Of a stretch of 64,000 nucleotides of DNA, positions 52,761-64,000 are shown piece after piece. Where the stretch lies: positions 70,928,001 through 70,992,000 of the forward strand of contig NC_043003.1 of assembly GCF_006345805.1 (NCBI RefSeq), given 5' to 3'. The stretch is from Octopus sinensis (taxonomy: Eukaryota). A program made the position numbers and the translations under genes. Below the pieces are notes generated by a model that worked only from the letters and a program-made list of their open reading frames with translations, made no database searches and was not told the DNA's origin. Within the stretch, counting starts at the first letter, position 1, and every line of letters starts with the position of its first letter.

Positions 52761-54749
52761 TATTATTATTATTATTATTATTACCGCACAGCCACTCCTG
52801 CACTTATGAGTTTGCAAATTTTGGGTAATTTTGGGCAATCAAAAGCCACAGACATTTGGTGCCTTTTCCCTTAGTAACAAGCCAAGCATTGGAAAGCATT
52901 TATGAAAAAAACCACGTGTTGATTGGCTAAAATCACCCAAATTTTCCAAACTTTAATTCGAAATAACATCAGATTCTTTAATTTACAAGTAATTAGTTGA
53001 GCGTAATCACCATTCAGAACTGCATTGATATACCAAATTTCGAAACAATCTGAGCAAAATTAAAGGGGGCTGATTTGTGACTGAAACAGGCTAAATCTGC
53101 TTTACCTTCGAACACACATATGCCAAAACCAATGGGAGACACCATCGTCATTATTAAGACAAAATAGAATAGACAGAACAAGAGACAAGGGAAAAGAAAG
53201 GGGTTGAAGAAGTCACAGAACTTTGACAAATAAACTACTGCCACTACTACTGCTACTGCTGATGCTGCTGCTAATAGTAATAGTTTCAAATTTTGGCACA
53301 AGGCCAACTACTACTAATAATAGAAAAAAAGTGAAGGTTAAATAAATAGTGTGTATGTTTAATTGGCAAAAGATGACCATCCCCAAGAACAACAATATTA
53401 TTAATGTTATCTGAATGATGATGGAAGCACTTCATCGGTTACAACGATGAGGGTTCCGGTTGATCCGAATCAACGGAACAGCCTGCTCATGAAATTAACG
53501 TGTAAGTGGCTGAGCACTCCACAGACACGTGTACCCTTAACGTAGTTCTCGGGGATATTCAGCGTAACACAGAGAGTGACAAGGCTGGCCCTTTGAAATA
53601 CAGGTACAACAGAAACAGGAAGTAAGAGTGAGAGAAAGTTGTGGTGAAAGAGTACAGCAGGGATCACCACCATCCCTGCCGGAGCCTTGCGGAGCTTTTA
53701 GGTGTTTTCGCTCAATAAACACTCACAACGCCCGGTCTGGGAATTGAAACTGCGATCCTATGACCGCGAGTCCACTGCCCTAACCACTGGGCCATTGCAC
53801 CTCCACGTTATCTGAATACTGGTATGTGAGTTAAAATAAGCAGTCAAACACTTGTTTAATGGTTTGCAGTTTTTAATTTTCCTCCTCCATTTCTGTGAAA
53901 GTCAACCTTATTTCATATTTATCTAATGTCGATAAATTTAGCATAATTTCTATACTATAATTGAACGGTCCACGTCCTATGCACTCACCCAAAACAGGAC
54001 ATTAAAAACTATTTTGCTTACTTTTTTTGGAAGAAAGGTTTTTGCTTTGAATGATTTCACTTTTGATTTTCCTATTTCTTTCAGATAGGAAAAAACGACA
54101 ATGGAGAAAAAAAACCCAAAAAGATTAAGGAAGGAGAGAGAGAGAGAGAGAGAGAAAGGGAGCGAAGTGGAATATAAGAGGTGAGATGAGGAGATAGAGA
54201 TAAAAAAGAAAGACAAATTGAAAGACACGAGAAAATAAAAGAGCAGATTAAAACGGAACTCTAAATCACCAACACGTACATATATGTGTACACACAAACA
54301 CACATGTATGCACAATAGATAAATAAATACATAATCACCTAAGACGAAACATTCTAAGGAATTCACTCTTTTTCTTCTTCATCCAACATGCTGCCACATT
54401 TACATTTTTAACTTCGCATTTCTTTTATCATCAGAAACTGAGGATCCTTTTTCTTTCAGCAGACGACTGCTCGTTGCCATCTTCTATGTTTTATGTCTTA
54501 TCAACAATTTACTTACTTTTTATAGCAACTGACCTTCAAATCTCAATGCTTAGTTTATATTCGACTGGTTAAGTTGACGATAGAAAAGCTGATATCAGTT
54601 CACGAACAGGCTCCGTTAACCTGTATTACTCTTTCTCTCTCTCTCATACACATGCACTCACACATATATGTTGGTGCATCGTGCATGTGTGTGTGTTTGT
54701 ATGTGTGTATATATATATATATATAACTTGGTGATAACTATTATATATA

Positions 54750-54800
<51 letters not shown>

Positions 54801-54959
54801 CAAGCACATATATACATATATATACAGGCATATATACATATACACACATACACACACACATTTAATATATATATACATACATATATATACATATATATAC
54901 ATATATATATACATATATATACATAATATACATATATATACATATATATACATATATAT

Positions 54960-55027
<68 letters not shown>

Positions 55028-55187
55028 CTGTTGTGTCTGGGGAGAGTCATTTTCTTTTTGTGCCTTATAATGTAACACACTCACTGGTAAAATTTCAACT
55101 TTTATTTTTATTTTCCTAAAATTTTCGTTGTGACTTGCAATCTTTTCAGTAGTCTTGACTCTCTCTCTCTCTATATATATATATATA

Positions 55188-55419
55188 CAGGGTGGTCCAA
55201 AAGTAGGTTTACAGTTATCATGTAGGCACTTTAAATTTCTTTTAAAACATTTTATTACATTTAAATTTCTATTTTACAAACTGAAAAGGGAGTTTGACAA
55301 AATTAACTAAATTAGCATAGAATAATGGTTTCATATTTTTTTATAATTAAGATCTAAACTGTTAATATATGAATGCGAAAGAGATAGTTGAATAACTGTA
55401 AACCTACTTTTGGGCCACC

Positions 55420-55422
<3 letters not shown>
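55188..55422. mobile_element. Tc1/mariner MITE inserted in (TA)n
   Basis: 31-bp TIR cagggtggtccaaaagtaggtttacagttat with one mismatch, TA on both sides. Confidence 0.9.
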
Positions 55423-55482
<60 letters not shown>

Positions 55483-55734
55483 GACTCCTGCTGGGTTCAG
55501 CTACTCTACATTGATAAGGGGCAACTACTCCAAAACTAGTCTGTAGATGCCAAACCAGCAAGGGGAAGCTGCTGACCTCCCCTGTTCGAAGGTTATAATG
55601 GACACAGGCTCATATGTCACATAGCTAGCTAGAGGCGATGGCCTCTTGGAGCTAATCAATGGCAGCATTCGTCCTATTTTCTTGGACTGCTATGTTAGCT
55701 TGGTGATAACTATTAATATATACATAAATATATA

Positions 55735-56803
55735 TCATCATCATCATCATCATCATCATCATTTAACGTCCGCTTTCCATGCTAGCATGGGTTGGACGGT
55801 TCAACTGGGGTCTGGGGAGCCCGAAAGCTGCACCAGTCCAGTCAGATCTGGCAGTGTTTCTACAGCTGGATGCTCTTCCTAACGCCAACCACTCCGAGAG
55901 TGTAGTGGGTGATTTTATGTGCCACCGACACAGGTGCCAGACGAGGCTGGCAAACGGCCACGCTCGGATGGTGTTTTTTTATGTGCCACCGACACAGGTG
56001 CCAGACGAGGCTGGCAGACGGCCACGCTCGGATGGTGTTTTTATGTGCCACCGACACAGGTGCCAGATGAGGCTGGCAAACGGCCACGATCGGATGGTGT
56101 TTGTTACGTGCCCACAGCACGGAGGCCAGTCGATGCGGTACTGGCTACGGCCACGTTCGGATGGTTTTCTTGTGTGCCACGTGCCACCGGCACTGGTACC
56201 ACAAGGATACAAATTCCATTGATGTTCATCTATTTTGATTTGTTTTGATTTTCACTTGCCTCAACAGGTCTTCACAAGAAGGAAGGTAAGCACAGGTGGA
56301 CTGACTACGTCCCAGGTAAGGGCCACGGGTTATGGCCTGACTAGTCTTGCCGGGTCTTCGGATGGTGTTTTTATGTGCCACCGACATAGGTGCCAGATGA
56401 GGCTGGCGAACGGCCACGATCGGATGGTGTTTGTTACGTGCCCACAGCACGGAGGCCATTCGATGCGGTACTGGCTACGGCCACGTTCGGATGGTTTTCT
56501 TGTGTGCCACCGGCACTGGTACCACAAAGATACAAATTCCATTAATGTTCATCTATTTTGATTTGTTTTGATTTGATTTTATTTGATGTTGATTTTCACT
56601 TGCCTCAACAGGTCTTCACAAGTGTCACAAGAAGGAAGGTATGCACAGGTGGACTGACTACGTCCCAGGTAGGGGCCACAGGTTATGGCCTGACTAGTCT
56701 TGCCAGGTCTTCGGATGGTGTTTTTATGTGCCACCGACACAGGTGCCAGATGAGGCTGGCGAACGGCCACGATCGGATGGTGTTTGTTACGTGCCCACAG
56801 CAC
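55735..56803 (-). mobile_element. RTE-related 3' UTR with internal 61-bp repeats and a duplicated block of about 330-350 bp
   Basis: (CAT)n tail at the left. The unit cggatggtgtttttatgtgccaccgacacaggtgccag recurs, and blocks start near 56027, 56359 and 56712. Confidence 0.85.
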
Positions 56804-56809
56804 AATATA

Positions 56810-57885
56810 AATAATATATAAATATATGCATATATACATACATATATGTACATACCTACATATATATGTATATATACATGCATATATGGGTACAGGACAT
56901 CAAAAAAACGTTGAACACAATGAGAAACGAAAACAAAAACAAAAACATAGAAACAAACTTTTTTTCATACAACGAAAAAATACAGAGTACAAGGCATAAA
57001 GCACAAGGAATATTTCCCTTCTTCAGTTGTCCCTATTTCATCTACTCCTCGTTTTGAGGGTAAGGACAAGATGCGACTTCATTGAAACAGTCCTTCCCGC
57101 AAAGCAAATTAAATAAAATTTGGGATTTTTTGTGGAGGGTAAAAGTGGCAACAAGAACAGGACAGTATGAACAAAACAGTAAAACAATAAAAAGTAAAAA
57201 CAGTAAAAGACAGAACAGTGAGAACAAAACAGTAAAAACAAACGATGAGGGCTGTTAAGCCAAGACAATGGAAAAATTATTCTGAATGCTTAAGGAGACA
57301 GCTTATGAAAGAGACAGGATAAGCTGGTCTGGTCTTGGTGAAGATAGCAGTCAGAAAGATGGCTTCCCTCTGATCACGTGTCAGTGACAAGAGAGTCGAG
57401 GAGGAGTAAGAGAGAGGGAACGGTGAAGGGGAGAGGAGAAGAATAGGGAAGGGTGGGAGAGAATACCAGAAAGGATGAAGAACAAGAGATGAGAGAGATA
57501 GACAGAGAAGAAATAGTAAAGGAGAAGAGTGCGCATCATAATTATTAAGATGAAACTTACTTGGAAAAATATGCGTGGTGTTTGATCATATAATAATATA
57601 AATAATATTTAAATATATGCATATATACATACATATATGTACATACCTACATCTATATGTATATATACATGCATATATGGGTACAGGACATCAAAAAAAT
57701 GTTGAACACAATGAGAAACGAAAACATCAAAACAAAAACATAGAAACAAACTTTTTTTCAGACAGTGAAAAAAACAGAGTACAAGTCATACAACACAAGG
57801 AATATTCCCCTTCTTCAGTTGTCCCTGTTTCGTCTACTCTGCGTTTTGAAGGTAAGGACAAGACACGACCCCGTTGAAACAGTTA
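56810..57885. repeat. Direct repeat pair (about 56810-57090 and 57600-57885), possibly Penelope-like pseudo-LTRs; related fragment at 21440-21660
   Basis: About 280-bp diverged direct repeats around a purine-rich spacer. The classification is inference. Confidence 0.55.
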
Positions 57886-58078
57886 CTCTATGTGAAGTGG
57901 AAAGTCCGGTTTCTTCCGATGGTTTGTTTTAAGGTACATTTCCTAAAAACTACCATTTGATATTATGGTTTATTACCTGGCTACTTAGAGTGTAAAATTA
58001 TCATACTAATAATAAGGAAAATGGAGAATTTAAACATTCAGACTTTCTACTTGGTTTATTCCCTTATCAGTATATGTA

Positions 58079-59234
58079 CACAGACATGACAGAAGTAAAT
58101 AGACACCCTATAAAACATAGTTTTGTTTATTCCAACTTGTAAAGGTTTATATTTTTTATTAGTTTATATTTTTATGTGTTAGGTTTTATATGTGATTGTT
58201 TAATCATGCCATGTACAAAAGAAGCCTTAGAACTGTCTGAATTTCAAAAAGGCTATATTGTGGGTCATTCCAAAAGTAGACATAGTGTAAAATCGCAGAA
58301 AAACTTGGGATCCTACTTTCTACAGGTAATAAAGTGATTGTGCAATTCACCAGAGAGGGGGAAGGAATCCACATCACCTTGCCAAGATCAACCAAGGCCC
58401 TCTGACAGGACCCTTCTCTTTGTTAAGAGAAGTGTGGAGGATAATCCTTGTTGCAAGGCCTCTGACATAGCAGAACAAGTTGATGTCAGTCCCAGAACAG
58501 CTGTCAGGTATCTTCACAAACTTGGTTACTATGGCAGAGCAGCAAGAAGGAAGCCACTTCTTCGACCAGCCAATATCAAGCAGAAAAAGGATTGGTCCAG
58601 TCAGATGGGGGAGAGGCCATTAGCATTTTGCGACACTATCATATTCTCTGATGAGTCCAGATATACTGTATTTCTTGACAGTAGTCGAGTGTGCGTCTGG
58701 AGACTCTGTGATCAAGAATTTGATGTGAAAAGATTGCAGCCAACAATGAAACATCGTGTCTATTGTGATGGTCTGGGGAGCAATTTGGAGCAATGGTTGA
58801 TCAGAGCTGGTGGAGTGTGAGGGAAACATAAACTCAGATAAATGTACCCGTATAGCGGAAAGGATTCCTTCCAATCTTCTCCAGTGGTAAAATGATTAAA
58901 GAAGATTTATGGAAGATGGGGCTCCTTGTCACACAGCTAAAATGATCCAAGATTTGTTAGATGAGAATGGCATTATAAAGCTTCCATGGCCAAGTCAGCT
59001 ACCAGATATGAACCCTATTGCACACCTCTGGGACATAATGGACAGGACACTTCATAAAAAGAACATTTTCAAAGCCAGGTCTTTTGAGATCACTGCATGA
59101 AACTTGGCAAGAGATTCCGCAAGAGAATATTTGTCATCTGATCGGTAATATGTTTAATAGGGTCTTTGCATTGAAAAATGCAAAGGGTATGTCTACTAAA
59201 TATTCAGATTATAACAACTTCTGTCATGTCTGTG
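58079..59234 (+). mobile_element. Full-length decayed Tc1-like transposon
   Basis: 18-bp TIR cacagacatgacagaagt at both ends with TA at the left. Motifs FSDESR, MEDGAPCHTAK and WPSQLPDMNPIAHLW. Confidence 0.9.
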
Positions 59235-59557
59235 TGTGTGTATATATATATATGAATTTATGGAAAGGTCTTCCATAAAACTCAACAAATTTGTTTAAAA
59301 TGGAGAAGAGAAGATGTTAGAATCCAAGAGAATTTTTATATTCTCTTAAATTTTAACATCTTCTCTTCTCCATTTTTAACAAAATTGTTGAGTTTTATGG
59401 GATACCTTTCCATAAATTCACATAATACTCCATGTGCAAGTATTATTTTCATATTCGCAAACTTACGCCAGTAAGCTATCAGCAAAATATGAAGAATCTA
59501 TATTATAAAATCGTATTTTGGAATCCTCCAAATTAAAGAATGAAATATATTTCAATC

Positions 59558-59608
<51 letters not shown>

Positions 59609-59711
59609 TTATTTAATATATGCAAAATTTTATAGCATTTTCCTAACATAACGATTTAAATATATTCTTTAACCATATAACACAAGTCTTCTGTAGTTTT
59701 TTCATTCTTTT

Positions 59712-60115
59712 TTGGCTGTGTGGTAGGTAGCTTCCTTACCAACCACATGGTTCCGGGTTCAGTCCCGCTGCATGGCACCTTGGGCAAGTGTCTTCTACTA
59801 TAGCCTCGGGCCGACCAAAACCTTGTGAGTGGATTTGGTAGATGGAAACTGAAAGAAGCCCGTCGTATATATGTATATATATATGTGTGTTTGTGCGTGT
59901 ATGTTTGTGTGTCTGTGTTTGACCCTCTACCATTGCTTGACAACCGATGCTGGTGTGTTTATGTCGCCGTCACTTAGCGGTTCGGCAAAAGAGACCGATA
60001 GAATAAGTACTGGGCTTACAAAGAATAAGTCCCGGGGTCGAGATGCTCGACTAAAGGCGGTGCTCCAGCATGGCCGCAGTCAACTGACTGAAACAAGTAA
60101 AAGAGTAAAAGAGTA
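59712..60115 (+). mobile_element. Composite tRNA-derived CORE-type SINE with an internal microsatellite (representative copy)
   Basis: Head with a B-box-like ggttcagtccc, CORE-like ggcaccttgggcaagtgtctt, an internal (TA)/(TG) tract and a tail ending (gtaaaaga)n. Other copies or parts at about 8330-8610, 10410-10595, 12025-12150, 20790-21000, 26030-26400, 31510-31925, 35430-35620, 49215-49375 and 60130-60350. Confidence 0.85.
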
Positions 60116-60448
60116 TATATATATATATATATATATGTACATATGTATTTGTGTGTCTATGTTTGTACCCCCACCACCATCGCCCGACAATTGATGCTGG
60201 TGTGTTTACATCCCCATAACTTTGTTGTTTGGCAAAAGAGACTGATAAAATAAGAACAAGGTTTACAAAGAATAAGTCCTGGGGTTGATTTGCTTGACTA
60301 AAGGTAGTGCTCTAGCTTGGCCGCAGTTAAATGACTTGAACAAATAAAAATACATATATACTTAGATATACATACACACATACACATACATGTACATATA
60401 TACATACATACATACATAAATACATACATACATACATACGTACATACA

Positions 60449-60787
60449 TGTGAAGGCGCATGGCTCAGTGGTTAGAGCGTCGAGCTTACAATCGAGAGGT
60501 TGCGAGTTCGAATCCTGGACCAGACTGTGTGTTGTGTTCTTGAGCAAGACACTTTATTTCACGTTGCTCCAGTTCACTCAGCTGTACAAATGAGTTGTGA
60601 CGTCACAGGAGCCAAGCTGCATTGGCTTTTGCCTTTCACTTGGATAACATTGGTGGCATGGAGAGGGGAGGCCGGTATGCATGGGCAACTGCTGGTCTTC
60701 CATAAACAACCTTGACCAGACTTGTGCCTGGGAGGGTAACTTTCTAGGTGCAATCCCATGGTCAGTCATGACCGAAGGTGGTCTCAA
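60449..60787 (+). mobile_element. tRNA-derived SINE (inverted sister copy at 62135-62425)
   Basis: Clear A box (tggctcagtggtt) and B box (gttcgaatcc) followed by a SINE body. Confidence 0.85.
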
Positions 60788-61143
60788 CATACATACATAC
60801 ATACATACAGTGCTATGAACATACTACTTATTTGTAAATTTAGAACTACATTATCCTATGTTCCCTTTCTTATTAATGAGAAAATGTAGGATTTAAAGCA
60901 AATTTGCCTTGTATTTTTGCTGGGTAAGTAACTGCATAGTTTTCCATCAGGATGTTTCATCCCCCGTATGTTTCATCCCCGTTATGTATCATACACCTGC
61001 AGTGCATTGATGACTCTACAATGAAAGCCTTCTCAAATAAGCATGAGTTCCCCAGTTGTTTTGCCACTCTTGTTCAATCAGCTCTTGATATTCTCCATCC
61101 ATTGTGTTCTTTGCCTGCCTCTTGATATACTCTTGATGTTTAA

Positions 61144-61660
61144 TTCGTGTAAAAAAATTATATACATTGTTTTAAAAAATAATTTACTTGGTTTAAAAAA
61201 TTATTTACTTTGCATTTTATTTACTTTGTTCAAAAAATATTATTTAATTTGTGTAAAAAAATTATATACATTGTTTTAAAAAATAATTTATTTACTTAGT
61301 TTAAAAAATTATTTACTTGGCATTTTATTTAGTTTGTTCGAAAAATATTATTTAATTTGGGTAAAAAAATTATATACATTGTTTTAAAAAATAATTTACT
61401 TGGTTTAAAAAATTATTTACTTTGCATTTTATTTAGTTTGTTCGAAAAATATTATTTAATTTGTGTAAAAAAATTATATACATTGTTTTAAAAAATAATT
61501 TATTTACTTAGTTTAAAAAATTATTTACTTTGCATTTTATTTAGTTTGTTCGAAAAATATTATTTAATTTGTGTAAAAAAATTATATACATTGTCTTAAA
61601 AAATAATTTATTTACTTAGTTTAAAAAATTATTTACTTTGTTCGAAAAATATTATTTTAT
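61144..61660. repeat. AT-rich minisatellite, unit about 103-110 bp, about 5 copies
   Basis: Recurring gtgtaaaaaaattatatacattgttttaaaaaataattt. Confidence 0.9.
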
Positions 61661-62441
61661 TTTCTTTGATATGTATTCAGCCTTGAAATAGAAACAGGCG
61701 CAAGTCGTCGTAGGATCGACTACTTACGACTAGATAGCGCGAATGCGTGAGTGCACGAGAGCGCGCACCGGGACTACTGAACAAGGGGAGATAATAAACG
61801 AATGATTCTTTTTCTATTATCTCCCCTCTTTCAGACTCGTCGACGACGTAAATATGTAGAAGCATCTTTTGATAGAAGCTATCGCAGTGTTCATGAGTTA
61901 TTTCATCGAACTTTTCAGATATCAATTGGTGGGCTCTACTGGGCGAGTTAGATAAGATAGACATGTATTCCCTTACGGCTGATGTAGTTTAACTCTCTTT
62001 TTTTTTTTCAAGGCTTGAGCACCAATTGAAAAATACAAATTTGATTGCGAAGAATTCAAATTTGATGGCAAAGAATCCAAACTAGATCGAAAACATCTAA
62101 CTATCTATCTGTCTGTCTGTATATATATATATAAAGGGTAAAGACCACCTTCGGTCATGACTGACCGTGGGATTGCACCCTCCTAGACACAAGTCCGGGC
62201 AAGGTTGTTTATGGAAGACCAGCAGTCGCCCATGCATACCAGCCTCCCCTCTCCACGCCACCAGTGTTATCCAAGGGAAAGACAAAGCTTGGCACCAGTG
62301 ACGTCGCAACTCATTTCTACAGCTGAGTGAACTGCTCAAGAACACAACACGCAGCCCGGTCCGGGATTCGAGCTCACAACCTCACGATCGTAAGCTCGAC
62401 GCTCTAACCACTGAGCCATGCGCCTATATATATATATATAT

Positions 62442-62554
62442 ATTTATTATATAGAAGGAGCTTCTACAGGACTAGAACTGTTTCATTCAAGAGTGAAGAT
62501 TTCTCTTGAATGAAACAGTTCTAGTCCTGTAGAAGCTCCTTCTATATAATAAAT
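62442..62554. repeat. Perfect 52-bp inverted repeat with a 9-nt loop
   Basis: Arms 62442-62493 and 62503-62554 checked base by base. Confidence 0.95.
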
Positions 62555-62620
62555 TAATTTTACTCTGCTATGTATTGAGTACCTTATTTACTGTGGTTAA
62601 CCCCGAATCAACCCGGGACC

Positions 62621-62715
<95 letters not shown>

Positions 62716-62728
62716 TATATATATAATA

Positions 62729-62765
<37 letters not shown>

Positions 62766-62813
62766 ATATATGTATATATATATTATATATATAATATATA
62801 TATATATAATATA

Positions 62814-62898
<85 letters not shown>

Positions 62899-63016
62899 CA
62901 ATTAAGGACAACTACTTAATAAGGAAAACTTAACAAGAAATTGTCAGGTAGATAGCGTGAAAACCTCATAAGAGAAAAAATTTCGAAAATAATTATTTCT
63001 TATTGAACATATTAAT

Positions 63017-63258
63017 TTATATATAGAGGGCATTATACATACATGCCAGATGGCATTATACATACATGCCACACGCTAAGAGGGACAATTAGTCATTTCT
63101 ACCAAAAATATTACTAATCCCACCGAATGCAATTTTTCAAAGTAAGACATTTAAAAAATATAGACCTGTATCACCGTGATTTCATACTTACGTATTCATC
63201 AGCAGGCATGTATGTATAATGCCATCTGGCATGTATGTATAATGCCCTCTATATATAA
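63017..63258. repeat. Fold-back element with perfect 54-bp arms enclosing the hammerhead
   Basis: Arms 63017-63070 and 63205-63258, each with a duplicated ggcattatacatacatgcc unit. Confidence 0.9.
63164..63207 (-). ncRNA. Type I hammerhead ribozyme with a complete canonical core
   Basis: Minus strand reads gcctg-CTGATGA-atac(gtaa)gtat-GAAA-tcacggtga-T-A-caggt. Stems I, II (GNRA loop) and III all pair. Cleavage triplet AUA. Confidence 0.85.
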
Positions 63259-63269
63259 TATATATATAT

Positions 63270-63340
<71 letters not shown>

Positions 63341-63344
63341 CACG

Positions 63345-63378
<34 letters not shown>

Positions 63379-63874
63379 ATATATAAACTCTGAGTTTCCC
63401 GTTGCCGTTCATATAAATTCATCCACATTTTACATATATATTTCGTAATTTAACATAACTTAATTTAATATAATATAATAGAGTCAAGTCCCTATATTAA
63501 TTTCTTTATTGACTTTTACTACCCTACCTACTAATAGTTAACCTTGGATTATTTGTTTTCTATTTGTATACATTTATATATTTTTTGCCTACTTTGTTGT
63601 TTATGTTATCGTTTATTCATTAACCAAACCATAACAAAGTCATGGCCTTTCAAAACAATAGATGACCAATTAGATTATGGGACTGACCATAACCCACTCC
63701 TCACGTCCCGAAGGAATTCAGCAACTCGATAAACAAAAAGTAACGGAAAAATATAAAATATCTTGATTAATACCTGGAAATTTGTTACTTTTAGTACCGA
63801 ATAATATCACAAGTATTAATATAAACTCTAACCACTTATTGTGGACCTTTATCTCAAGCCTTCAATAGAAAACA

Positions 63875-64000
63875 TATCGCGCGTCTACGATGAGTCTACG
63901 ATTTAAAAAAAACTTACCATCATTTTTTCCCATTTTAATGCATTTTTTCGCTATCATATAAGGGAAGTAACTCTCTAAAAATGTCTACGACGAGTCAACG
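63875..64000 (+). mobile_element. Partial copy of the 37046-37439 Helitron family
   Basis: Reverse complement of about 37190-37300 (gcgcgtctacgatgagtctacgatttaaaaaaa...aagggaagtaac). Confidence 0.75.

Noticed and set aside
52589-52838. PolyN/D, polyL/S and polyI/M ORFs
   Set aside because: They come from the compound (TTA)n(TCA)n(TTA)n microsatellite.
54410-54440. CTGATGA-taaaa-GAAA on the minus strand
   Set aside because: No stem II or stem III pairing; likely chance in AT-rich DNA.
57055-57100. Hammerhead-like GAAACAGTC in the direct repeats (also about 57870)
   Set aside because: The core reads GACAAGA rather than CTGANGA and stem II is poor, so it is too decayed to call.
60452-60525. 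tRNA-Val(TAC)-like gene
   Set aside because: No acceptor stem closure or terminator. It continues into a SINE body and has a sister copy at 62135-62425.
12820-63448. Dozens of long ORFs rich in YI, HT, CV and MYV repeats
   Set aside because: They are translations of (TA)n, (CA)n and (TACA)n microsatellites, which lack stop codons in some frames.

Overview
AT-rich, microsatellite-dense metazoan genomic DNA. The SINE and LINE families look like those of a cephalopod (octopus-type) genome; this is inference from recalled repeat families. Host genes I can support: two spliced exons of a class A peptide-receptor-like GPCR on + (TM6 at 4047-4145; TM7/helix 8 at 4651-4816), both missed by the ORF track, and one intact initiator tRNA-Met (23692-23763). 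The rest is mobile DNA: mariner and Tc1 elements with TIRs and TA TSDs, a Merlin/ISXO2-type transposase remnant inside long inverted repeats, Helitrons, MITEs, RTE, CR1, RLE-type and L1/Tx1-like LINE remnants, a Gypsy integrase remnant and several tRNA-derived SINE families. The most notable signal is a set of short elements anchored in (TA)n tracts, many of them fold-back (inverted-repeat) structures, that carry type I hammerhead ribozyme motifs. One has a complete canonical core (63164-63207, minus). Two families share non-canonical core variants across copies. They resemble Penelope-like-element pseudo-LTR or retrozyme-like remnants. Almost all long ORFs in the supplied track are microsatellite translation artefacts.
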